This document shows positions 20,091 to 28,479 of a stretch of DNA of 64,000 bases, in pieces (within the stretch, counting starts at the first letter, position 1; each line of letters opens with the position of its first letter). This DNA is from Trueperaceae bacterium (lineage in GTDB: Bacteria > Deinococcota > Deinococci > Deinococcales > Trueperaceae). The translations under genes and the position numbers were made by a program. Location: the NCBI GenBank assembly GCA_040905465.1, contig JBBDRK010000049.1, forward strand, positions 128,001 through 192,000. Direction: 5' to 3'. Under the pieces are notes generated by a model. The model searched no databases. It was not told the origin of the DNA and saw only the letters and a program-made list of their open reading frames with translations.

Positions 20091-21602
20091 TCAGCCGGCT
20101 CCGGGTCCACGTTCGTCTGATCCTCGCTGCGGTTCTCTGCGCGGGTCCAGATGCTCGGAGCGGTCGGAGGAGCTGTCGACCCGTACGCCCTTCAAGCGGA
20201 AGCTCAGCAGCTTCGGCTCGCTCATCTCCTCCATCGCGAACCTCACTCCCTCACGGCCGAGGCCCGATCCCTTGGGCCCGCCGAACGGCATAGCGTCGAT
20301 GCGGTAATCGCTGCTGTCGTTGACTATCACCCCACCGTAGTCGAGCTCGTCGCTCACCTGGAAAGCGGTGTCGAGGTCCTGCGTGAAGATCGCTGCCTGG
20401 AGGCCGAACTCGACCGCGTTGGCCTGCTCGATCGCCTCGTTCAGCACGGCGAAAGGCTGCACCAGACTCACCGGACCGTAGACCTCTTCCCGGTAGAGCC
20501 GCGCCGTCGGAGAGACTCGGTCCAGCAACGTCGGCTGGAAGAAGCTCCCTTCCCGCCGTCCGCCCGTGAGGCAGCGGGCTCCCTGGGACAACGCATCCTC
20601 GACCATCTCCTCGACCCTGGCCGCCGCAGCTTCATCGATCATCGGACCCATGTCGGTTGTCTCGTCCAGCTTGTCGCCCATTCGCAGGTGCTCGGCTCCG
20701 GCCACCAGCTTCGGAATTAGCCGGTCGAACACACTTTCGTGAACCAGAATCCGCTGTGCATGCAGGCAGTTCTGACCGGCCGCCCAGAAGGCCCCGCTCA
20801 CTATCGACTCGGCGGCCTCCGCTAGATCGGCGTCGCCCAACACGATCACTGGAGCGTTGTTCCCCAGCTCCATGGCGTACTTCTTGAAGCCGCCATCGCG
20901 CATGATCCGCTCGCCGGTCTCTCGTCCCCCGGTGAAGGAGATCAGGCGAACCCGTGGGTCCCGCACCAGCTCCACGCCCACGCTGCTGCCCGGTCCGGTC
21001 ACCACCTGCAAGACGCCGGTCGGAACTCCAGCCTCATGGAGCGCCGCCGCCAGCTTCAGGGCGGATAGCGGCGTGCGGCTGTCGGGCTTGACGATCACCG
21101 CATTACCGGCTGCCAGCGCCGGTCCCACCTTGTGGGCGACAAGGTTGAGCGGATCGTTGAAAGGAGTGATGGCGCCAACGATCCCGATAGGCTCGCGCGT
21201 CCAGAACCCCTTGCGCCGCTCGCTGCCCGGAACCTGATCGAAACGGATGGTCTCGCCGTCGAGCCGCCTGGCCTCCTCCGCGCTGATCCGGAGCGTCTCC
21301 ACGCAACGCGCCACCTCGGCTCGCGCCTCACGAATTGTCTTTATGCCCTCCAGCGCGATGGTTCGGGCGAACGCCTCGCTCTCCCTTGCGATGGTGGCGG
21401 CAGCCTCGCTGAGGACACGCATTCGTTCATGGGTCGGCGCCTTGCGCCAGTGACGCCCACCTTCCACCGCACAGTCGATCGCGTGCCGCATCTGGCCGGC
21501 GTTGGCCATGGGGACTGTGTCGACCAAGGTGCCGTCCTGTGGATTTCGCACCTCGATGACCTTCACCGCTTGCTCCCAACGACCGGCGATCAGCATGTTC
21601 AC
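20091..21602 (-). CDS. Aldehyde dehydrogenase family protein
   Basis: ITPFNDPLNL, SFTGG, MELGNN, AGQNC (catalytic Cys), EEVYGP, MPFGG.K.SGLGREG. Start 21602 (GTG) or 21596 (ATG). Confidence 0.92.
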   Translation of the reverse strand: MNMLIAGRWEQAVKVIEVRNPQDGTLVDTVPMANAGQMRHAIDCAVEGGRHWRKAPTHERMRVLSEAAATIARESEAFARTIALEGIKTIREARAEVARCVETLRISAEEARRLDGETIRFDQVPGSERRKGFWTREPIGIVGAITPFNDPLNLVAHKVGPALAAGNAVIVKPDSRTPLSALKLAAALHEAGVPTGVLQVVTGPGSSVGVELVRDPRVRLISFTGGRETGERIMRDGGFKKYAMELGNNAPVIVLGDADLAEAAESIVSGAFWAAGQNCLHAQRILVHESVFDRLIPKLVAGAEHLRMGDKLDETTDMGPMIDEAAAARVEEMVEDALSQGARCLTGGRREGSFFQPTLLDRVSPTARLYREEVYGPVSLVQPFAVLNEAIEQANAVEFGLQAAIFTQDLDTAFQVSDELDYGGVIVNDSSDYRIDAMPFGGPKGSGLGREGVRFAMEEMSEPKLLSFRLKGVRVDSSSDRSEHLDPRREPQRGSDERGPGAG

Positions 21603-22696
21603 GACACCCGCACGCCCTTCAGCCCACCTCTCGAGCCTGGACTGGCCGCAAAGTTGCCGGAGGCCCGCCGGTGGATCTTAAGCAGATCGGCGATCATCGC
21701 GTAGCCTGTTTCCAGCCTGCCGGCGCCGGGGCCGACCAGAGTCACGTCGCCCAGGTAGTCGGTCGTGAAGGTGACAGCGTTGGTAGCGCCGCTGATGCCA
21801 GCCAACGGATGATCCTTGGCCACCCGTTGCGGCGCCACCCGAGCAACGAAGCTCCCGGCGGCCCGCTCGCCGGCAGCCCGTTCTACCGTGCCGATCAGCT
21901 TCCAGACCTGCCCGTCCGCTTCCGCCTGCGCCAGATCTTCGGCTGTGAGTTCGCTGATTCCCCGACGCTCGACGTCGCCGATTCCGATCGGCAGGTCCAT
22001 TACCAGATTGGCCAGGATAGCCACCTTGCCGGCGGCGTCGATTCCCTCTACGTCCCCGGTCGGGTCGGCCTCTGCGTACCCCTTCTCCTGCGCCTCGCTG
22101 AGCGCGGCGGCGTACTCGAGTCCCTCGCCCATTCGAGTGAGGACGTAGTTGGTCGTGCCGTTGAGGATCCCTTCGATCTTTCGGACGCCCGCGCCCTTGA
22201 GCATCTCGGTGCCGAGAGCCAAGGTGGGCGTTCCGCTCATCACGGTAGCTTCAACGCCGATGGTCCGCCCCTTGTTGCGGGCCAGCTCGAGCAGTTCGGG
22301 AAAGCGTAGCGCCACCGGTCCCTTGTTCGACATGACGACGTGCTTGCCGCTGGCCAGGGCTCCCTGGGCATGGGTGTAACCCGGCTCACCTGTCTCCAGA
22401 TTGGTGTAGGCCATCTCGAGGACGGCGTCGGCGTCGCACTCCATGATCGTCCTGATCGCGTCCCAGCCTTTGTGCGGAGCGTCGATGCGCTCCAGGTCGT
22501 CGGCGTTCTGCAGCAGTGTCTGGGCGTCCAGCCCTGACGGCCGGTACACGCTGCCACGCTTGATGTCGCTCACCGCCACGATCTCGAAGTCCGCGCCGAA
22601 CTCGTTCCAGTAGCTGTCGCGCCGCTCGGCCAGGATCTCCGCTACGCCCTGGCCCACCGTGCCGAAGCCGATAAGGGCGAGCCGGTAAGTGGTCAC
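21599..22696 (-). CDS. hom: Homoserine dehydrogenase
   Basis: GTG start 22696 (GTGA overlap). LIGFGTVGQG, GKHVVMSNKGP, GILNGTTNYVL, GYAEADP..DVEG.D, GPGAG. Confidence 0.9.
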   Translation of the reverse strand: MTTYRLALIGFGTVGQGVAEILAERRDSYWNEFGADFEIVAVSDIKRGSVYRPSGLDAQTLLQNADDLERIDAPHKGWDAIRTIMECDADAVLEMAYTNLETGEPGYTHAQGALASGKHVVMSNKGPVALRFPELLELARNKGRTIGVEATVMSGTPTLALGTEMLKGAGVRKIEGILNGTTNYVLTRMGEGLEYAAALSEAQEKGYAEADPTGDVEGIDAAGKVAILANLVMDLPIGIGDVERRGISELTAEDLAQAEADGQVWKLIGTVERAAGERAAGSFVARVAPQRVAKDHPLAGISGATNAVTFTTDYLGDVTLVGPGAGRLETGYAMIADLLKIHRRASGNFAASPGSRGGLKGVRVS

Positions 22697-23967
22697 TGGA
22701 GTGCACCTTCCCTCTTGTCGACCGTGTTGCCGAAGCGCTCCATGGTCGCGGCCAGCGCCTGGTCGAGGTCGGCGATGAGATCGTCGGCGTGCTCTATTCC
22801 AGCCGAGTAGCGCACCAGGGTCTCGGGAATGCCGGCGGCGGCACGCTCCTCGGCGGTGAGCTCGACGTGGGAGCCGGTCGCGGGCGGCGCCACTATCGTT
22901 TCCACCGCGCCCAGGTTGGCGGCACGGTGCACGCGCTGCAGCTTCGGCAGAAAGGTCCGGATAGCGTCGAAATCGTCGGTCGCCAACTGGAACGAGAGCA
23001 TGCCGCCGTAACCGCGCATCTGCTTGCGGGCGATGTCGTGGTTGTGGTGGGTTTCCAGGCCCGGATAGAAGACCTCGCCGATGAACGGGTGTGCCGCCAG
23101 CCAGCGAGACACCTTCATGGCGTTGGCGTTCTGGCGTTCGACCCGCAAGTCGAGGGTTTTCATTCCCCTGAGGAGCAGGTAGGCCGCCTCCGGGTGAAGG
23201 GTGGCGCCGTTGATCTCCCGGAAGTGATAGATGTCGTGGATCACGCCGGCCGGCCCGCACACGACACCGCCGAGCGCATCGGCATGGCCTCCCAGGAACT
23301 TGGTGGCCGAGTGCAGCACCAGGTCGGCGCCGAGCTGCAGCGGGTTCTGGTTGATGGGCGTGGCGAACGTGTTGTCCACCACCACCAGCGCTCCCACCTC
23401 GTGGGCCCTGGCCGCCAACCGTTCGATGTCGAGGACCTTGCAGGTGGGGTTGGTGGGCGTCTCCAGGTAAAGGATCTTGCAGCCCTTGGCGACCTCGGCT
23501 TCGATGGCCGCGAAGTCGGAAGTGTTGCACAGGGTAACGTCGAATCCGAACTTGGGGAAGAACTCGGTAAAGATCTTATGGGTGCCGCCGTAGGTGTCCT
23601 TCACGCTCACGCACCGGTCACCCGGGTCCATCAGGGTGAATAGCGTGTTGCTGATGGCAGCCATGCCGGTGGAGAAGCTGGTGGCCGCCTCGGCCCCCGC
23701 CGATTCTCCACCTTCCAACAGTCGCACCTTCTCCTCGAATACCTCTACCGTCGGATTGGTGTTGCGCCCGTAGATGTGACCCTTGCGCTCTCCCAGGGCG
23801 ACCTCTCGCCAGGTGTCGACATCCTGGTAGCCGAAACTGACGCTGTGCACGACCGGCACCTGGGTCACGCTTTCCATCAGGTACTGTTCTTCCCCGCCCC
23901 ATACGGCAACGGTTGCCTTGCTCAGGTGCGACGGCGACTTTTCCACTGGCTTGTTGTCATCAGGCAT
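22693..23967 (-). CDS. Cystathionine gamma-synthase family PLP enzyme
   Basis: YGRNTNPT, FSTGMAAI, ETPTNP, VDNTFATP, HSATKFLGGH (PLP Lys), ANLGAVET, RYSAGIE. Confidence 0.9.
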   Translation of the reverse strand: MPDDNKPVEKSPSHLSKATVAVWGGEEQYLMESVTQVPVVHSVSFGYQDVDTWREVALGERKGHIYGRNTNPTVEVFEEKVRLLEGGESAGAEAATSFSTGMAAISNTLFTLMDPGDRCVSVKDTYGGTHKIFTEFFPKFGFDVTLCNTSDFAAIEAEVAKGCKILYLETPTNPTCKVLDIERLAARAHEVGALVVVDNTFATPINQNPLQLGADLVLHSATKFLGGHADALGGVVCGPAGVIHDIYHFREINGATLHPEAAYLLLRGMKTLDLRVERQNANAMKVSRWLAAHPFIGEVFYPGLETHHNHDIARKQMRGYGGMLSFQLATDDFDAIRTFLPKLQRVHRAANLGAVETIVAPPATGSHVELTAEERAAAGIPETLVRYSAGIEHADDLIADLDQALAATMERFGNTVDKREGALQ

Positions 23968-24694
23968 CGAATTCGAACTCCTTCGTTGTGTCCACGTCGA
24001 ATATGGCGCTGCTCAGGTAGTGGTTGAAGCGCTGGAGATTCCAGGCCATGTGATAGCGGCGGATCCGGGCTACCTCCTGCATGTCCTTGGCGTCCATCGC
24101 CGCTGCGATCTCGCGCATCTCCTGCACCGCGATCCCGACTTCCTGCTCCCACTCCATGTCGGGGAGAACCTGCAAGTACATGCGCGAGGTCTGATAGAAC
24201 AGTCGGTCCATGATCTCGAGGAACGGGCGGTTGCCGATGGCGAGCCCGAACTCCTGGGCGAAGTACATATAGATACGGGCGAGCTCCCGATAGTCTCGGG
24301 TCGGCAGCAACGCCTCGACTGCGTCGGCGAGCTCGGACATTCGCTGAAGGTTTTCTTCGGTAACCCTGCCGGCGGAAAAGTCGGCCACCAGCTCCGTCAG
24401 CTTGAAGCGCAGTGCGTAGACCTGCTGCAGGTACACCAGATCGATGCTGGTCACTATCGTGCCCACGCCGGCGATGCTCTCCACCAGTCCGTCGTATTCC
24501 AGGCCGTAGAAGACCCGCTTGATAACGGTGCGACTGGTATCGAAGCGCTTGGCCATGGCGTTCTCGCTCAGGGCGCTGCCCGGTGCGTGGTCGAGGAGAC
24601 AGATCTCTTCTCGCAGGACACGAGCGATCGCCTCCGTTCCTTCCGCGGCGTCGGCATCGAGGGTTGGGATAGCTGCTTCTGTCATCGTTTCCAC
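23960..24694 (-). CDS. GntR (FadR/FCD type) transcriptional regulator
   Basis: LREEICLLDHAPGSALSE...FDTSRT wHTH, GVGTIV, C-terminal FCD-like helices. Start 24694 or 24685. Confidence 0.85.
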   Translation of the reverse strand: METMTEAAIPTLDADAAEGTEAIARVLREEICLLDHAPGSALSENAMAKRFDTSRTVIKRVFYGLEYDGLVESIAGVGTIVTSIDLVYLQQVYALRFKLTELVADFSAGRVTEENLQRMSELADAVEALLPTRDYRELARIYMYFAQEFGLAIGNRPFLEIMDRLFYQTSRMYLQVLPDMEWEQEVGIAVQEMREIAAAMDAKDMQEVARIRRYHMAWNLQRFNHYLSSAIFDVDTTKEFEFDA

Positions 24695-24759
24695 TCTTCC
24701 GGGACGGTGGATCGAGGGCCCGCCTGGCGAATTTCCGAGGGCCGATTGAAGGCTTGCTT

Positions 24760-24812
24760 ACAAGTTGAGTACAACCTGTGAACATGCTAGGTGCCCGGCG
24801 GGATGATGTCAA
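24760..24812 (-). promoter_or_regulatory. sigma70 promoter plus palindromic operator of the ectoine-catabolic operon
   Basis: Minus strand TTGACA(24812-24807)-17 nt-TAGCAT(24789-24784). Near-perfect palindrome ACAAGTTG-AGTA-CAACCTGT at 24760-24779 overlaps the expected start site. Confidence 0.75.
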
Positions 24813-24947
24813 TAGGCGCGCGTGTAAGAAGCCAGCTTTGCGCGAAAATGGACGTTTGCCGTCCGCCGTCCCCTTGCTATGGCGGTGTAGTCGGCGACCT
24901 TGCCTCTATGGTAGAATTGCCATGGGGCTCAGGAGCGATGCTGACAC

Positions 24948-25309
24948 ATGCGACAGCAGAAGCCCGTCAGATGGGTAGGTTCGTCACTCAAGGACCTGCA
25001 GGCGATGCCCGAGGAAGTCAAGGACGAAATCGGCTTCGTTCTCGGTCGCGTTCAAGAGGGAAAGGGTCATCAGAGCATCAGGCCGCTCTGTCCGGATTTC
25101 AGGGCGTGTCGGAGATCAAGTCCGACCTTAGTTCGGACACCTTTCGCCTCGTATACGTCGCCGATCTGCCTGACGCAATCTATGTTCTACATGCTTTCAA
25201 GAAGAAGTCCAAGAAGGGAATTAGTATCCCGAAGCACGAGATTGACGTCATCCGAGCCCGGGTGATGAGAGCGCAGGAGGCATCCGATGAAGAAGGAAAA
25301 CAACGATAG
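24948..25309 (+). pseudogene. RelE/ParE-like (HigB, phage gp49/DUF891 type) toxin, frameshifted
   Basis: N-half MRQQKPVRWVGSSLKDL..MPEEVKDEIGF.L.RVQEG in one frame; C-half SGFQGVSEI...TFRLVY...AIYVLHAFKKKSK.GI in another. Junction CCG CTCTG TCC at 25083-25093. Confidence 0.85.
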
Positions 25310-25613
25310 CGTCGTTAGCGGCAGCGGGAACGTGTTTGCCGACCTGGGGCTGTCGAACCCAGAAGAACGAAGCGTAAAAGCGAGGCTCGCGAGCAAGATA
25401 TACGACAAGATCGAGGCGAGTGACTGGACGCAAACACAAGCTGCCCACGAGCTCGGTATTAGTCAACCGGACGTTTCTCGCCTGACTCGTGGCATCCTCA
25501 ATGACTTCTCGATAGACCGCTTAATGATGCTTCTGGGGAGACTCAACTACCGTGTAAGCATTCATCTCCAAAGCGAGAACGAGCAATCGGACGAGATCCT
25601 CGTTTCGGCCTAA
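25287..25613 (+). CDS. XRE-family HTH antitoxin (HigA-like)
   Basis: GSGNVFADLGL, WTQTQAAHELGISQPDVSRL, FSIDRLM; overlaps the toxin 3' end. Confidence 0.9.
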   Translation: MKKENNDSVVSGSGNVFADLGLSNPEERSVKARLASKIYDKIEASDWTQTQAAHELGISQPDVSRLTRGILNDFSIDRLMMLLGRLNYRVSIHLQSENEQSDEILVSA

Positions 25614-26157
25614 GAAACGCACGTCCGCGCCGGTTCGCGTCTCTTGTGGCGACGAGGTCGCGGAGGATTATTGTGTTGAACCCTTCGGCCGACGCTCGTC
25701 GTGCTGTCGCATCGACGCAGATCTCCGTTCTTACCCCGCTGACCAAGAGGTTCCTGACACCTCGAGAAAGCAGCTCCCCTGAGAGCATGGTGTGAGCGAA
25801 GGCATCGAAGTGCGGCTTCTCGACGATTACCGAACCTGCCGGAATCTTCATTTCGCAGAGTTCCTCGCCGCCCGTGCCTCTTCTCACCGGTGGATTCACT
25901 CCCATGACCTGGCGGAAGAGTTTCAGGTTCCACGGCATTGTTTGCTCGTCAACGATCGCCTTCGTAAACACTACGAAGACGCCAAGGTCGCTCAATCTCC
26001 GGACGACTTTTTCAATCCTGCTGGGTAGGAGGAGCATGTCGGTTACGGGATGACTCGACTTTGCGCTCTTCCCTTGCGGCGAGCAGAAGTCAACCTGTAG
26101 GTCCACCACGATCAGGGCGGTCTGCGTGGCAAGCAAGTGGAGTTCAGGAGGAAGCAT
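25543..26157 (-). CDS. Isochorismatase-like cysteine hydrolase, possibly 3'-truncated
   Basis: TALIVVDLQVDFC, VEKPHFDAF, SGVRTEICVDATAR (D-K-C triad). The tail after DLVATRD is atypical and runs about 70 nt antisense into the antitoxin gene. Confidence 0.75.
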   Translation of the reverse strand: MLPPELHLLATQTALIVVDLQVDFCSPQGKSAKSSHPVTDMLLLPSRIEKVVRRLSDLGVFVVFTKAIVDEQTMPWNLKLFRQVMGVNPPVRRGTGGEELCEMKIPAGSVIVEKPHFDAFAHTMLSGELLSRGVRNLLVSGVRTEICVDATARRASAEGFNTIILRDLVATRDANRRGRAFLRPKRGSRPIARSRFGDECLHGS

Positions 26158-26511
26158 CAAGGCCACGTGCCACTGGGAGGTTCCACGCGCACAGACCAAC
26201 AAAGACCAGGACTAGAACGACCTTGGTTACTGCAGAATGGACTGCGTCTGACCACAGAGTCATAAAAACCTTGTCTTCCTTTGCCGAGGGGCATCGGCGC
26301 ATGAAGGTCGAAGTGGAACTGAGCAACCCTGCTCAACTGGCTCACGTCAACAGGAATGCGTTGAAGGAATCTCGACTCGAACGACATCCGGGGCCTCCGA
26401 CAATGTGGGGGTGAAACGTAGAAACAGGGTAGTTTCTTCGCACAGACCACCACGTTTATTCGTTTCGATGCTCAATTCTCGAGACGGTTGAATCGCAATG
26501 GAGGTGAAACA

Positions 26512-26796
26512 ATGATCATTGTGTCCGGAAAACTTTACGTCGATCCAATCGTTCGCGACTCGTACCTTGCGGACTGCCGCGACATAATCGAGAAGGCGAG
26601 AAGCACGGATGGTTGCATTGACTTCCACATTGCTGCCGATCCCTTGGAAAGTGACCGCATAAACGTGTTCGAGCAGTGGGCGTCGATTGCCGACCTAGAG
26701 GTTTTTCGCGGCTCTGGACCATCATCTGAGCAGGCCGCTCAGATCCGCGAGGCACAGGTATCTCAGCATGAGGTTGGCTCGTCACAGAAGCTGTGA
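26512..26796 (+). CDS. Antibiotic biosynthesis monooxygenase (ABM/YgiN-like) protein
   Basis: GGAGGTG RBS. MIIVSGKLYVDP...ARSTDGCIDF.IAADPLE..RINVFEQW. Confidence 0.85.
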   Translation: MIIVSGKLYVDPIVRDSYLADCRDIIEKARSTDGCIDFHIAADPLESDRINVFEQWASIADLEVFRGSGPSSEQAAQIREAQVSQHEVGSSQKL

Positions 26797-26931
26797 AACT
26801 CGCGAAGAAGCTGGCCGGATACTTTGGAGTCGTCGTCGGGCTCTTCGTCTGACATTGTTGTACGGCACGGGACCAGTCAAATTGCGCCCACAGAGTCAAT
26901 ATTCGCTTCGGGGAGCCAGCCGGTTCTCCCT

Positions 26932-28470
26932 TCAGCCATTCATCCAGACGAACCTCACCCGGCTCCCTGCCGCCAGTTGCCCTGCCTTGTGCAGGTCGCC
27001 GGGATGCAGCAGAGCCGGCTTTACATATCCGCCCAGGGTCCCGCGGTCGTTCAGCAGGAGAATCGGCGAGCCGCCGGGAGGAACCTGGATCGCGCCGAGA
27101 GGGACGGCCTCTGAGAGGATCTCGCCGCCCGGAACGAGGTCCCCGTCGAACCGGACGCCCAGCCGATCGGCCGACGCCACCCGGAAGCGCCCCCTCGATG
27201 GGCCGGCGGTAAGCGCTTCGGCCGCCTCCTTCGATTCCTGCGGTCCGGGCAACAAGCGCAGGACGACCGGATCCTCCGGCCGGCGGTGAGGCCTGAACGA
27301 GAATCCCGGCCGAGCCGAGCTTCGAGCCGCAACAGCAAGCAGGTCACCGGCTGCGAGGCGACTTCCGATCATGCCCCTCAAGTCGGTCGAGGAACTCCCG
27401 GAGAAAGAGTTGGCAGCAATGCCTCCGGCGAGTGCCAGATAGCCCCGGCAGCCCACCCGCTCTCTCCCGCGGCCGAACCTTGCGTCGGCAAACGAGAGAA
27501 CGTCGCCCCGGCTTACCGTGAAAGAGCGGAAGGGATCGACTTCCTGGCCGTTCAACAGGGGCGACAGGCCCCATCCGGCATAGGCCAGAACGCCCGGAGC
27601 GACCACCTCGAGCACAGGACCCCGCAAGTTCATCTCCAGCAAGGGGGCGGCGGCGACGTTGCCCAACAGGGCGTTGGCCAGCGCGGCGGAACGAGGATCC
27701 AGCGGCCCGCCACGGCTGAGACCGAATCGGCCCACCAGGAAGCGGCCGCGGTCGACCACCAGATCGAGCAGTCCCGGCTCGCGTACCAGCAGGAGGGGCA
27801 GTTTCGGTTCGGCAGGCAGGAGAGCTACCGGAGCCGGCTCGTCGGGCGGTATGCCCTCCGCGGGATTGAAACGGACCCTGTCGCCCGGCCGCAGCAGGAA
27901 CGGCTCCTCACGATGCGGGTCATACACCCTGACCAATGCCCGGCCGACAAGCTGCCAGCCGCCGGGCGACGCCAGCGGGTATATCCCGGTCTGGGGGCCT
28001 GCGATGGCGACCGAGTGCGCGGGGACGCGTTTGCGGGGGGACGGGTGGCGGGGCACTCGAATTTCGGCCGGTACCTCGCCCATGAACGGGAATCCCGGCG
28101 AGAATCCCATGGCGTACACACGGTACTGCTCGGCGCTGTGGCGCTCGATCACCTGGGCGGAAGTCAGCCCGGAGCGCTCGGCGACGTTCGGCAGATCTTC
28201 TCCGCCATATGCCACCGGAATCTCGACATCACTGCCGGAGTGGGACAATTCGTTCTCGGCATGGCGCTCCACCCACCTGCGAACGCGGCCTTCGCTCACC
28301 CGCCAGGCGTCATACTCCACGTACAGCGACGCGTAGCCGGGTAGCAGGTCGGTGACTCCCGCTGGTACGTCTGCCAACAGGCTAGCCGCAAGAGCGTGAA
28401 CCCGAGCGTTGGCGAGCGGGTCCATCGACTCGGAGAATCGCAGGTAGATGCCACGCGGGTAGTGGTTCAG
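26932..28470 (-). CDS. pxpBC: 5-oxoprolinase subunits B/C fusion (PxpBC, KipI-KipA type)
   Basis: VYAMGFSPGFPFM, AIAGPQTGIYP..SPGGWQLVG, GYLALAGG, DRLGVRF, GAIQVPPGG.P..L..DRGT.GGY.K. Conserved RGIYLRF lies upstream of the ATG at 28425, so a CTG start at 28470 is proposed. Confidence 0.88.
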   Translation of the reverse strand: MNHYPRGIYLRFSESMDPLANARVHALAASLLADVPAGVTDLLPGYASLYVEYDAWRVSEGRVRRWVERHAENELSHSGSDVEIPVAYGGEDLPNVAERSGLTSAQVIERHSAEQYRVYAMGFSPGFPFMGEVPAEIRVPRHPSPRKRVPAHSVAIAGPQTGIYPLASPGGWQLVGRALVRVYDPHREEPFLLRPGDRVRFNPAEGIPPDEPAPVALLPAEPKLPLLLVREPGLLDLVVDRGRFLVGRFGLSRGGPLDPRSAALANALLGNVAAAPLLEMNLRGPVLEVVAPGVLAYAGWGLSPLLNGQEVDPFRSFTVSRGDVLSFADARFGRGRERVGCRGYLALAGGIAANSFSGSSSTDLRGMIGSRLAAGDLLAVAARSSARPGFSFRPHRRPEDPVVLRLLPGPQESKEAAEALTAGPSRGRFRVASADRLGVRFDGDLVPGGEILSEAVPLGAIQVPPGGSPILLLNDRGTLGGYVKPALLHPGDLHKAGQLAAGSRVRFVWMNG

Positions 28471-28479
28471 GCGTCTCCC

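Noticed and set aside
22697-23530. N-terminal extension of the 643-aa ORF (apparent long homoserine dehydrogenase)
   Set aside because: Alternate frame of the PLP-enzyme gene; Hom motifs begin at the GTG at 22696.
26061-26453. Short ORFs in the lower-GC gap
   Set aside because: No recognisable motifs or convincing RBS, and partly antisense to the hydrolase.
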